From assembly GCA_009841015.1 (NCBI GenBank), contig VXMQ01000105.1, positions 1 to 60,439 of the forward strand: a stretch of DNA of 60,439 nt, read 5' to 3'. Under the pieces are notes generated by a model. The model saw nothing but the letters and a program-made list of their open reading frames with translations, was not told the origin of the DNA and ran no database searches. How positions within the stretch are numbered: the first letter of the stretch is position 1; each line of letters begins with the position of its first letter. The translations under genes and the position numbers were made by a program. This document shows positions 50,617 to 59,670 of the stretch, in pieces. The DNA comes from Candidatus Palauibacter denitrificans (GTDB lineage Bacteria; Gemmatimonadota; Gemmatimonadetes; Palauibacterales; Palauibacteraceae).

Positions 50617-51359
50617 GCGGGGCCCCGTGCGGGCGCCGCGTCCAGGAACTCGCGCACCGCCCGGTTGTCCGTTTCGCGCAGTTGCTGCGGGGTGCCCTCC
50701 GCCGCGACGACCCCGTCCGAGAGGAGGGCGATCCGGTCGGCGAGGAAGAAGGCGGACTCCACGTCGTGGGTGACGACGATGCTCGTCGCATCGACTTCCT
50801 CGCTCACGCGCGCGATCAGGCGGTTGATCCGGGTCGCGTTGACGGGATCGAGTCCCGTCGTGGGCTCATCGTACAGGACGTAACGGCGCTTGCCGATGAT
50901 GGCGCGCGCGATGGCGACCCGCCGCTGCATGCCGCCGGAGAGTTCCGCCGGCAGGAGCGTCAGCACCTCCGGATCGAGGTTCACGTGATCGAGCGCCGCC
51001 CGGACCAGTTCCTCACACCTGGCCGCGCGGCCGCGGCAGAAACCGGGCGGGAGGCCCATCAGCAGGTTCCCGCGTACGGTCATGGAATCGAAGAGGGCGG
51101 AATTCTGGAACACGTAGGCGGTCCTGGTGCGAATGGCGGCCATCTCGGCCCGGTCGGCCGATGGTACCGAGATCCCATCGACGAGGATGTCTCCGGCGTC
51201 CGGATCGAAGAGGCCCACGATGTGCTTGAGGAGGACGCTCTTGCCCGTCCCTGACGGACCCATGATGGCGAGGGTTTCGCCTTCCCGCACGTCGAGGTCG
51301 ACGCCGCTCAGAACCGGACGCCCCCCCAGCCACTTGTGCACGCCGATGATCCTGATCAC
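50613..51359 (-). CDS. mlaF: ABC transporter ATP-binding protein, MlaF-like
   Basis: ORF 50613..51359(-). Walker A MGPSGTGKSVLLK, signature LSGGMQRRVAIARA, Walker B LYDEPTTGLD. Confidence 0.9.
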   Translation of the reverse strand: MIRIIGVHKWLGGRPVLSGVDLDVREGETLAIMGPSGTGKSVLLKHIVGLFDPDAGDILVDGISVPSADRAEMAAIRTRTAYVFQNSALFDSMTVRGNLLMGLPPGFCRGRAARCEELVRAALDHVNLDPEVLTLLPAELSGGMQRRVAIARAIIGKRRYVLYDEPTTGLDPVNATRINRLIARVSEEVDATSIVVTHDVESAFFLADRIALLSDGVVAAEGTPQQLRETDNRAVREFLDAAPARGPA

Positions 51360-52141
51360 GTGAGCGTCTTGTACACCGGGCCGAGCACCGTGTCGAGGAC
51401 CATGATCGAGACGATGATCGCGACGACCGCCCTCGTCGCCGTGCGGCCGACCCCCGCCGCCCCGCCGCTCGCGCGAAGCCCGACGTGGCTGGAGATGAAG
51501 GTGATCGCGAAGCCGTACGCGACCGCCTTCACGAGCGAGAAGATCAGCGCGCCGTGGTGATAGTACCCCTTGGCCCCATCCACGTACTCGCCCGTGCTCA
51601 ACCCGAGGATGCCGACCGATGTCACGTAGCCGCTGAAGATCCCCATGGCGTTGGCGAGCATGACGAGCGGGATCAGGATGAGGGTTCCCGCCACGACCCG
51701 GGGGACCACGAGTTCCACCACGGGATCCCGGCCCATCGTCAGAAGCGCGTCGATCTGGTTCGTCACCTTCATCGTGCCGAGTTCGGCCCCGATGGCCGCC
51801 CCGACGCGCCCCGCGAGGACGACTGCGGTCAGTACGGGTCCGAGTTCCGTGAGCATGCCGCCCACGACGCCGCCCGCGACGATCTCCCTCGGCAGTCCCT
51901 GCGACAGCTGATACATCGTCTGCTGGGCCATGACCGCACCCGAGAGGGCGCCCATCAGCAGCACCAGCGGGAGGCTGTCGAGACCGATGAACTTCGCGTG
52001 CTGGACCGTCTCCAGCGCGTAGCGGCGCGGATGCGCCAGCGCGCGGAGCGTCGCGATGCCGAGCATGCCCGCCCTTCCCGCGTGGAGCGCGGCGGCGCGG
52101 GCGGAACGGCCCGGTACGGCGAGGAGGTTGGGCGCCTTCAA
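51356..52141 (-). CDS. mlaE: ABC transporter permease, MlaE-like
   Basis: ORF 51356..52141(-), TTG start. Polytopic membrane protein. Typical MlaE segments (ELGPVLTAVVLAGRVGAAIGAELGTMKVTNQIDAL). Confidence 0.88.
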   Translation of the reverse strand: MKAPNLLAVPGRSARAAALHAGRAGMLGIATLRALAHPRRYALETVQHAKFIGLDSLPLVLLMGALSGAVMAQQTMYQLSQGLPREIVAGGVVGGMLTELGPVLTAVVLAGRVGAAIGAELGTMKVTNQIDALLTMGRDPVVELVVPRVVAGTLILIPLVMLANAMGIFSGYVTSVGILGLSTGEYVDGAKGYYHHGALIFSLVKAVAYGFAITFISSHVGLRASGGAAGVGRTATRAVVAIIVSIMVLDTVLGPVYKTLT

Positions 52142-52512
52142 CGGCTCTCGCGCCTCTCTGCGTCAGGCATCTCCAGTTGCGATTCCGGTCGCGAGACCCC
52201 GTCGAGTACGTCCACCTCCAGTCGGATCGCCTCCCACAGCCGGTGCATGCGTCCGGGGTCGTCTCCGAGCCGAGCGACGAACTCCTCGAGTTGCTGTCCG
52301 GTCACGCCGTGCTCATCGAGCGCCGCGGCCCGCACCGAGTCGCCCTCCGTGGTATCCGCGTACTTCGCCCGTGCCCAACTGAGCCGGGCCATGACCTGAA
52401 CGTACGTGTCGTCGTCCAGGTCCCCGCCGGAGCCGCCGCAGCCGACGACGCCGAGGCCCGCGACGAGCAGGATCGGCTTCACGATGGCGCCGTCGCGGCG
52501 CAGGTGCTTCAT
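52138..52512 (-). CDS. small hypothetical lipoprotein, translationally coupled between the OPT transporter and mlaE
   Basis: ORF 52138..52512(-). Signal peptide + lipobox (ILLVAGLGVVGC), then a predicted all-helical acidic domain. ATGA and TTGA overlaps on either side. No family recognised. Confidence 0.5.
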   Translation of the reverse strand: MKHLRRDGAIVKPILLVAGLGVVGCGGSGGDLDDDTYVQVMARLSWARAKYADTTEGDSVRAAALDEHGVTGQQLEEFVARLGDDPGRMHRLWEAIRLEVDVLDGVSRPESQLEMPDAERRESR

Positions 52513-54578
52513 TCGGACGCCCGCAGCGAGGCGCGGTAGAGCCAGACGATGAATCCGACGACGACCGCGGCGCCGATCCAGCGCGCGGCCGGATCGAATC
52601 CTTCGGACACGAGGCTCAGCACATCCGTGCCTCTCTCCGAGACGGCGAACGGGATCGCGAGGAAGATCCCGACGAGCGCCTCTCCCGTGATGAGCCCGGA
52701 AGAGAAGAGCAGCCCGCGATGGTTCGCCTGCCGGACGGCGCCTTCACCGCCTCCGCCGCGTCGCACGGCCCGGCCCACCAGCCACGCCACGATCCCTCCT
52801 ACGAAGATTGGGACTTCAAGTTCGATGGGCAGGTAGATCCCGACCGCTACGGCGAGGACCGGCACCCGCAGGCTGGAGCCGCGCGCCTTGAGGACCTGGT
52901 CCAGGGCGATGACGCCCGCCGCGATGAGCGCTCCGACCCCGATCATCCCCCACGGGAGATTGCGCGAAAAGACGCCATCGGCGACGGAAGCCATGAGCGT
53001 CGCCTGCGGCGCCTGCAGCATCTCGTCCGGGTCCATCCCCTCGCGCGGCAGAACGCCTCCGAGTCCGTACGCCTCGAACAGGAGGCCGAGGATCGGCGCG
53101 ATGACCAGCGCGGCGGCCGTGACGCCGACGAGCTGCATGATCTGCTGCTGCCGCGGGGTGGCGCCGACGATCCGGCCCGCCTTCAGGTCCTGCATGTTGT
53201 CGCCCGCGATCGCCGCGGCGCAGGCGACGACGGCCCCCACGAGGATGGCGGTCGCGGCAGCGGAGAGCGCCTGGGGCGCGGAGACGGTGAAGTCGACCTG
53301 CAGTCCCAACAGGAGGTAGAGGATGAGGGAGATCGTGAGGATCGTCGCGATCGTCACGCCCGAGATCGGGTTGTTCGAGGAGCCCACCAGACCCGCCATG
53401 TAGCCCGCGACCGAGGCGAAGAGGAACCCCGCCAGGAGGGAGAAGACGGTCCCCAGCGCGAGCACGAGCCAGTAGAGCCCGGGCGTGATCGCGAGCGCGT
53501 CGCGGTCGATGACGAGCACGAACACCGCGAGGATCGGGACCGCGAGCGCCACGGCGCCGACCCCGACGAAGTTGATCGGCATGTCCCGCTCGGTGCGGAG
53601 GACCTCCGGGCCGCCGTCGGCCGCGCGCGCCACGCGCAGCGCCGCGATGGAGGAGCGCACGCCATCCCGCACGTGGCCCAGGAGCGAAACGAGCGCCCAT
53701 ACCCCGCCCACGACCATCGCGCCCACGCCCATGAAGCGAATCTGCGCGCTCCAGATCGCGGCGGCCGCATCGTATCCGCTCGCGTCCCCCGTGATGCCGG
53801 CCACGACCTGCGGATCCGTGACCGCCATGTAGATGGGGATCCCCGCGATCCAGGAGATTGCGCCGCCCGCGAGCACGAGGCTCCCGACGCGGGGTCCGAC
53901 GATGTATCCCACGCCGAGGAGGGCGGGGGAGAGATCGCTGCCGATTCCGAATACGGAACGGCCCAATGTGAAGCCGTGTTCTATCGAGGAGCCCGCGATC
54001 TTGAGGCCCGTCTGCGACAGCTTCAGCAGGGCGGCCGCCACGCCTCCGAGCGCGATGAGCTTCGCGCCGGAGCCGCCGCTGGCCCCGGCCTTCAGCACCT
54101 CCGCGGTCGCGACGCCCTCCGGAAAACGCAGGTCCGCCTCGACGATGAGGGCGCGCCTGAGCGGTATGGTGAAGAGGACGCCCAGAATCCCGCCGCAGAG
54201 CGCGATCCCCATCGTGGGCAGGAAGGGGAACCCCCCCCAGTGGCGGAGCAGGATGAGGGCGGGCAGGGTGAAGATCACGCCGGCGGCCAGCGATTCGCCC
54301 GCGGATGCGGCCGTCTGGACGATGTTGTTTTCGAGGATATTGTGCTCGCGGAACATCCTGAGGATCGCCATGGAGATCACAGCGGCGGGAATCGACGCGG
54401 ACACGGTGAGGCCCACCTTGAGGCCCAGATAGGCGTTTGCCCCCGAGAGGACGGCGGAGAGGAGGATGCCGAGGACGATCGCCTTGCCGGTGATCTCGGG
54501 CAGCGATTGCGACGCGGGAATGTACGGCTCGTGCGCGCGAGATTCCGATGCGCCGACTGCTGGGTCCGACATGGGCAT
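52509..54578 (-). CDS. OPT-family oligopeptide transporter
   Basis: ORF 52509..54578(-). 689 aa, many TM helices. OPT-type N-terminus (IPASQSLPEITGKAIVLGILLSAVLSGANAYLGLKVGLTVSASIPAAVISMAIL). Confidence 0.85.
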   Translation of the reverse strand: MPMSDPAVGASESRAHEPYIPASQSLPEITGKAIVLGILLSAVLSGANAYLGLKVGLTVSASIPAAVISMAILRMFREHNILENNIVQTAASAGESLAAGVIFTLPALILLRHWGGFPFLPTMGIALCGGILGVLFTIPLRRALIVEADLRFPEGVATAEVLKAGASGGSGAKLIALGGVAAALLKLSQTGLKIAGSSIEHGFTLGRSVFGIGSDLSPALLGVGYIVGPRVGSLVLAGGAISWIAGIPIYMAVTDPQVVAGITGDASGYDAAAAIWSAQIRFMGVGAMVVGGVWALVSLLGHVRDGVRSSIAALRVARAADGGPEVLRTERDMPINFVGVGAVALAVPILAVFVLVIDRDALAITPGLYWLVLALGTVFSLLAGFLFASVAGYMAGLVGSSNNPISGVTIATILTISLILYLLLGLQVDFTVSAPQALSAAATAILVGAVVACAAAIAGDNMQDLKAGRIVGATPRQQQIMQLVGVTAAALVIAPILGLLFEAYGLGGVLPREGMDPDEMLQAPQATLMASVADGVFSRNLPWGMIGVGALIAAGVIALDQVLKARGSSLRVPVLAVAVGIYLPIELEVPIFVGGIVAWLVGRAVRRGGGGEGAVRQANHRGLLFSSGLITGEALVGIFLAIPFAVSERGTDVLSLVSEGFDPAARWIGAAVVVGFIVWLYRASLRASE

Positions 54579-54663
54579 CCCTCCAGATTATCCAGGGACC
54601 GACACGGCAGACGGTCGAATCCTCACGGGGCGGAGTCGACCGATGAGACGCTAGTTGTGGGTC

Positions 54664-54693
54664 CGGCAGGGGTCAACACGGCGGCCCCTGCCG
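54664..54693 (+). other. perfect 9-bp stem hairpin in the OPT/clpB divergent intergenic region
   Basis: CGGCAGGGG-tcaacacggcgg-CCCCTGCCG. Confidence 0.25.
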
Positions 54694-54823
54694 AACTGGC
54701 ACCAGCTCGGCGCTCCCCACGGCTCGGGTCACCGCCTGATCGGCGGTCATCCCGCCGTTCCGGCGGACAGGGGTCGCGAACCCGGCGTCCGGGAGGGCAC
54801 GGGAATTGCTCATGAAACGGGAG

Positions 54824-54842
54824 GCCGCCATCCGATGGCGGC
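54824..54842 (+). promoter_or_regulatory. 19-nt perfect palindrome 47 nt upstream of the clpB ATG (operator or leader hairpin candidate)
   Basis: GCCGCCAT-ccg-ATGGCGGC, read directly. It does not match the CIRCE, HAIR or CtsR consensus sequences as I remember them. Confidence 0.3.
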
Positions 54843-54888
54843 GGTTCGACGAGAAAATCCTGAAGGAACTCGAGGCAGCGAAGGGAAG

Positions 54889-57513
54889 ATGATCCCGAAC
54901 GACAAACTCACGCTCAAGGCCCGCGAAGCCCTGAACGACGCGACCCTCGCGGCGCGCCGGTCGGACAACCCCGCCGTCGAGGACGTGCACCTTCTCGCGG
55001 CAATGCTCGCGCAGGAGGGCGGTGTCATCGTGCCGGTCCTCCAGGCCGTGGGTATCGATCTCCCCGACCTGGAGGCGCGGCTCGAGCGGGCCGTGCGGCG
55101 CCTGCCGAAACAGAGTGGGGCGGCTCCGGCCTTCAGCCGCGAACTCGACCGCGTCCTCGACGCGGCGGAGGCGCTCGCGGGGGATATGGGCGACTCGTAC
55201 GTGACGACCGAGCACCTCCTCCTCGCCCTCGCCGGGGAGAAAGCGTCCACCACGGGCCCGCTGCTCCGGAACGCGGGGGCGAGCCCGGAGTCGACGCGCC
55301 AGGCCGTGGAGGAAGTTCGGGGGCCGCATCGCGTGACGGATCAGGATCCGGAGGGGAAGTACCGCGCCCTCGAGCGGTACGGCGTCGATCTCACGGCCGA
55401 GGCCCGCGCCGGAAAGCTCGACCCGGTTATCGGCCGGGATGCGGAGATCCGCCGCGTCATGCAGGTCCTCTCGCGGCGGCGGAAGAACAATCCCGTCCTC
55501 ATCGGCGAACCCGGCGTGGGCAAGACGGCGATCGCGGAAGGGCTCGCGCAGCGCATCGTCGCGGGAGACATCCCGGAATCCCTGCGGAACAAGCAGCTCG
55601 TGCAGCTCGACATCGGCTCGATGCTGGCCGGAGCCAAGTACAGGGGCGAGTTCGAGGAGCGCCTGAAGGCGACGCTCAAGGAGATCACGGAATCCGGCGG
55701 CCGCTACGTCATCTTCCTCGACGAACTCCACACCGTGGTCGGTGCGGGGGCCGCCGAGGGCGCGGTGGACGCCGGGAACATGCTCAAGCCCGCCCTGGCC
55801 CGGGGCCAGCTTCGGATGGTGGGCGCAACGACGCTCGACGAATACCGGATGCATATCGAGAAGGACCCGGCTCTGGAGCGGCGGTTCCAGCCGGTTCTCG
55901 TCGGCGAACCCGGCGTGGACGAGACCCTGGCCATCCTGCGTGGACTCAAGGAGCGCTACGAGGTGCACCACGGCGTACGGATCACGGATCCGGCGCTCGT
56001 GAGCGCCGTGCGCCTGTCCGACCGTTACATCGGCGACCGGTTCCTCCCCGACAAGGCGATCGACCTCGTGGACGAGGCCGCGTCCCGGCTCCGCATCGAG
56101 ATCGACTCGATGCCGGAGGAGATCGACGAACTGGACCGCCGCGTCACGCAACTCGAGATCGAGCGGGAGGCGCTGCGCGAAGAGGACGACGCACGGAGTC
56201 GGGGGCGGCTCGCGGAGCTGGAGGGCGAACTCGCCGCGGCGCGCGAGTCGCTCGCGGGCCTGAATGCACGCTGGATCCGCGAGAAGGACACCATCGATAC
56301 GGTCCAGCGATTCAAACGCGAGATCGAGGAACTCGGCGTGGAGGCGCAGCAGGCGCAGCGGCGCGTGGACCACCAGCGCGCAGCCGAGATCCTGCACGGG
56401 GAATTGCCGAAGCTGCGGACCGAACTCCTCGCCGCCGAAGCGAAGCTGAAGGAGATCCAGGACGAGGGCTCGTTTCTGAACGAGGAAGTCGGACCCGGCG
56501 AGATCGCCGAGGTGGTGGCGAGCTGGACCGGGATTCCGGTAGCCCGGATGCTGGAGGACGAGAAGGACCGTCTCGCCACGCTCGAGGAACACCTGCACCG
56601 GCGCGTGGTGAACCAGTCGCACGCCATCACGGCCGTGTCGGATGCCGTGCGCCGAAGCCGCGCGGGACTCCAGGATCCGAACCGTCCCATCGGGAGTTTC
56701 ATGTTCCTCGGCCCCACGGGTGTCGGGAAGACCGAGACGGCGAGGGCGCTCGCCGAATTCCTCTTCGACGAGGAATCCGCGATGGTTCGGATCGACATGT
56801 CCGAGTACATGGAACGGCACGCGGTCGCTCGTCTCATCGGAGCGCCACCCGGGTACGTCGGCTACGAGGAAGGCGGACAGCTCACCGAGGCCGTGCGGCG
56901 GCGTCCCTACACCGTCGTGCTCTTCGACGAGATCGAGAAGGCGCACCCGGAGGTCTTCAACGTCCTCCTCCAGGTCCTGGATGACGGGCGACTGACGGAC
57001 GGCCGCGGGCGCACGGTCGACTTCCGAAACGCCGTGCTCATCATGACGAGCAACATCGGAAGTTCCAGGATCCTCGCTCGTTCCGAGGCCGGCGAGTCCT
57101 GGGCCGGGACGGAGGCGGAGGTGGAAAACGCCCTGCGCGGCCGCTTCAAGCCGGAGTTCCTCAACCGCGTGGACGAGATCCTCGTGTTCCGGCCGCTGAG
57201 CCGGGAGCACCTCGAGTCGATCGTCGGGCTGCAGGTGGATCGGGTGGCCCGAATGCTGGCGGAACGGGACATTCGGATCGAGGTCGGCGGAGCCGCCAGG
57301 CGAAGAATCGCGGAGGTGGGGTACGACCCCGCGTTCGGGGCGCGCCCGCTGAAGCGCGCAATCCAGCGGCTCATCGCGAACCCGCTCGCCATGGCGTTCC
57401 TCGAAGGACGCTTCCGGGAAGGCGACGCGCTGCGCGTGGAAGTCGATGAGGATGGGGCTGGGCTGCGCTTCGTACCGTCGGGCGCGCCCGATTCACGGGA
57501 GGGGGAGGAATGA
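54889..57513 (+). CDS. clpB: ATP-dependent chaperone / disaggregase ClpB
   Basis: C-terminal 874 codons of ORF 54655..57513, from [18 protein letters not shown]. Two AAA+ modules ([10 protein letters not shown] / FLDELH; GPTGVGKTE / LFDEIEKAH) with a long coiled-coil M-domain between them. Confidence 0.97.
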   Translation: MIPNDKLTLKAREALNDATLAARRSDNPAVEDVHLLAAMLAQEGGVIVPVLQAVGIDLPDLEARLERAVRRLPKQSGAAPAFSRELDRVLDAAEALAGDMGDSYVTTEHLLLALAGEKASTTGPLLRNAGASPESTRQAVEEVRGPHRVTDQDPEGKYRALERYGVDLTAEARAGKLDPVIGRDAEIRRVMQVLSRRRKNNPVLIGEPGVGKTAIAEGLAQRIVAGDIPESLRNKQLVQLDIGSMLAGAKYRGEFEERLKATLKEITESGGRYVIFLDELHTVVGAGAAEGAVDAGNMLKPALARGQLRMVGATTLDEYRMHIEKDPALERRFQPVLVGEPGVDETLAILRGLKERYEVHHGVRITDPALVSAVRLSDRYIGDRFLPDKAIDLVDEAASRLRIEIDSMPEEIDELDRRVTQLEIEREALREEDDARSRGRLAELEGELAAARESLAGLNARWIREKDTIDTVQRFKREIEELGVEAQQAQRRVDHQRAAEILHGELPKLRTELLAAEAKLKEIQDEGSFLNEEVGPGEIAEVVASWTGIPVARMLEDEKDRLATLEEHLHRRVVNQSHAITAVSDAVRRSRAGLQDPNRPIGSFMFLGPTGVGKTETARALAEFLFDEESAMVRIDMSEYMERHAVARLIGAPPGYVGYEEGGQLTEAVRRRPYTVVLFDEIEKAHPEVFNVLLQVLDDGRLTDGRGRTVDFRNAVLIMTSNIGSSRILARSEAGESWAGTEAEVENALRGRFKPEFLNRVDEILVFRPLSREHLESIVGLQVDRVARMLAERDIRIEVGGAARRRIAEVGYDPAFGARPLKRAIQRLIANPLAMAFLEGRFREGDALRVEVDEDGAGLRFVPSGAPDSREGEE

Positions 57514-57983
57514 GGACGGTTTTTCGGGTGAGCGCGGGAGTCGGCGTCGCTGTCATGGCCGTGGCCGCGACGGGTTTCGCGCTTGCCGGCTGCGCGTCGC
57601 GGGGAGGCGCCGGGGCGGGATACGGCACGGAGTTGTACGGAGCGGAGTCCGCGGAGGCGGCGATCGGGCGGTTTCTCGATGCCGCCAGGCTGCGCGACTA
57701 CGCGGCCATGGCTCGGCTGTTCGGGACGGACGACGGCCCGGCGGAACGCCGCTGGGGGCGGGCCGAGACGGAGCAGAGGATGTTCGTGCTTGCGGGTCTC
57801 CTCGCGTCGAGCGACTTCGAACTCCGCCCGAACGCTGTCTCCGGGTCCGGCGGCGCGTCGCGCTGGTTGGTCGATCTGACCGGGACGCGAACCGGGGCTG
57901 TGCGCGTCCCGTTCTTCACCGTCTCGGACGGGAATCGCTGGTTTGTCGAGCGCATTGGGACGGAGGGACTCCGGACTCCGTGA
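57510..57983 (+). CDS. hypothetical lipoprotein (possibly NTF2/SnoaL-like fold), ATGA-coupled to clpB
   Basis: ORF 57510..57983. Signal peptide + lipobox (AATGFALAGC). The mature domain has ordinary composition. The fold guess is only an inference. Confidence 0.55.
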   Translation: MRTVFRVSAGVGVAVMAVAATGFALAGCASRGGAGAGYGTELYGAESAEAAIGRFLDAARLRDYAAMARLFGTDDGPAERRWGRAETEQRMFVLAGLLASSDFELRPNAVSGSGGASRWLVDLTGTRTGAVRVPFFTVSDGNRWFVERIGTEGLRTP

Positions 57984-58722
57984 TCCCGGCCGGCCGTTCG
58001 TGGTAGCGGCGGAGTCGCCGCGGGTCCGCGCCGGCGAGGAAGGCCGCACGCAACGCCCAGTGTCTGACGACCGTGCGAAGGAAACCGGCTTCCCAGCGCC
58101 GACTCGAGGTGTGCACTGCGAGGGGGAGAAGGCGAAAGCGGGCGACTCGCCGCACGGCCCGGACGAAGGTCACGTCCTCGAAGAGCGGAAGATCCCTGAA
58201 GCCGCCGCAGGCTTCATAGGCGTCGCGCGTCGCGAAGAGCGCCTGATCGCCCGTGGCGGTGCGGAACCGGCGCGTACGCCAGTTCACGCCCCATTCGAGG
58301 AGGCGGTAGCGCCAGCTGCGCGCGTTCGGGTCGAGGGCGAAGCGGAAGCAGCCCGCCTCCGCGCCCGCGCGGACAGCGGTCCGGATGGCCGTCGCGCCGC
58401 CGTCGGGAAGCCATGTGTCCGCGTGCAGGAAGACGAGAACCCCTCCGGTCGCGGCCCGGGCGCCGGTGGCGAGCTGGGCACCGCGATTCCGGCGGGCCGA
58501 CAGGATGCGGCCATGGTGCGCGGCGATCGCCGTCGTACGATCCCGGCTGCCTCCGTCGACCACGATGACCTCCACCTCCGGCCCGAGAGCGGACTTTGCG
58601 CGCCGCAGCGTCTCATCGAGCCGCGCCTCCTCATCGAGCGTCGGCACGATGACGGAGAACTCCGGGCGGGTGCGCTCCCGCCGCCGCGACGACCCTGTGA
58701 GGGCTCCCGGCTCCCGTGTCAC
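57916..58722 (-). CDS. family 2 glycosyltransferase
   Basis: ORF 57916..58722(-). Motifs: FSVIVPTLDEE, VIVVDGGSRDRT, LFLHADTWLP. The 3' end overlaps the convergent lipoprotein gene by 68 nt. Confidence 0.8.
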   Translation of the reverse strand: MTREPGALTGSSRRRERTRPEFSVIVPTLDEEARLDETLRRAKSALGPEVEVIVVDGGSRDRTTAIAAHHGRILSARRNRGAQLATGARAATGGVLVFLHADTWLPDGGATAIRTAVRAGAEAGCFRFALDPNARSWRYRLLEWGVNWRTRRFRTATGDQALFATRDAYEACGGFRDLPLFEDVTFVRAVRRVARFRLLPLAVHTSSRRWEAGFLRTVVRHWALRAAFLAGADPRRLRRYHERPAGITESGVPPSQCARQTSDSRPRR

Positions 58723-59153
58723 CCGCCCTCGGGGTCCTCCCGCAGCTCCAGGAGGACGCCGTTCAGCGAGCGCGGATGCAGGAACGCGATGCGGGCACCG
58801 CCGGCGCCGCGGCGGATCCGGGGCGCTATGGCTTCCGCACCGGCCGCTTCGGCTCCCGCGAGGGCATCCTCGAGATCGTCGACGCAGACGCAGACGTGGT
58901 GGATGCCGGGACCGCGACGGTCGAGGAAACGCGCGATGGGCGATTCCGGGTTCAGGGGAGCGAGCAGCTCGATCCGTCCGGAGCCCTCACCGAAGAAGGT
59001 GGCCCGGATACCTTCCGAGGGGACGGTTTCCTCGCCGGACGGTGGCTGGCCGAGGATGGCGGACCATTGCCGCACCGCTTCCGGCAGCGAGTTGACCGCG
59101 ATTCCCACGTGGTCGATTATGGGCGCGCCCGGAATACGGTTGCCTTGGTTCAC
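58719..59153 (-). CDS. mce: methylmalonyl-CoA epimerase (VOC/glyoxalase superfamily)
   Basis: C-terminal 144 codons of ORF 58719..59723(-), from VNQGNRIPGAPIIDHVGIAV. Motifs: ELLAPL, GPGIHHVCVCVDD, IAFLHPRS. The stop overlaps the GT2 start (GTGA). Confidence 0.8.
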   Translation of the reverse strand: MNQGNRIPGAPIIDHVGIAVNSLPEAVRQWSAILGQPPSGEETVPSEGIRATFFGEGSGRIELLAPLNPESPIARFLDRRGPGIHHVCVCVDDLEDALAGAEAAGAEAIAPRIRRGAGGARIAFLHPRSLNGVLLELREDPEGG

Positions 59154-59327
59154 TGCGGCCGGAGACCCTTCTGTCGTTCCTGGAAACGATGGAGAACACG
59201 GGCGTTGGCGGCGGGGTACGAAACCTCGCGCGCGGGAACGTATTCCGGACCCGGCGCCGGAGCCAGTGAGGGAGAAGCGATTCTTCCCGGTCGGGTGAGC
59301 CGGGCGGCAAAGGAACAGGAGATTCGA

Positions 59328-59666
59328 ATGGCTGATGCTGCGAATGGAGGACCCCTCGAAATCACGGATGCGAACTTCGCGGACGAGATCGAGGGCGCGG
59401 ACGGTCTTGCGATGGTGGATTTCTGGGCGGAGTGGTGTGGCCCGTGCCGGCTCGTGGGGCCGATCGTGGACGAACTCGCCCAGGAGTATTCGGGGCGCGT
59501 GACGATCGGAAAACTTGATGTGGACGCGAACCCTCAAACCGCATTCCGCTTCAACGTGCGCTCGATCCCGAGCATCCTCTTCTTCAGGGATGGCGAGGTC
59601 GTGGACACCCTCGTGGGCGCGCACCCCCGGGATTCTCTCGAGAGAAAGATCCGCGAGCACGCCTAG
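59328..59666 (+). CDS. trxA: thioredoxin
   Basis: C-terminal 112 codons of ORF 58716..59666, from MADAANGGPLEITDANF. Active site WAEWCGPCR. AGGAACAGGAG lies upstream of the ATG. Confidence 0.95.
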   Translation: MADAANGGPLEITDANFADEIEGADGLAMVDFWAEWCGPCRLVGPIVDELAQEYSGRVTIGKLDVDANPQTAFRFNVRSIPSILFFRDGEVVDTLVGAHPRDSLERKIREHA

Positions 59667-59670
59667 TGTC

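Noticed and set aside
54655-54888. In-frame N-terminal extensions of real genes in the ORF track: clpB from 54655, uvrD from 16122, eno from 3536, folC from 43415, hisS from 45801, guaA from 47039, nif3 from 48319, trxA from 58716, thiL from 759.
   Set aside because: The extensions are Arg/Gly-rich, overlap the preceding gene, and lie upstream of where family homology starts. Internal ATG/GTG starts with overlap or SD support were chosen instead.
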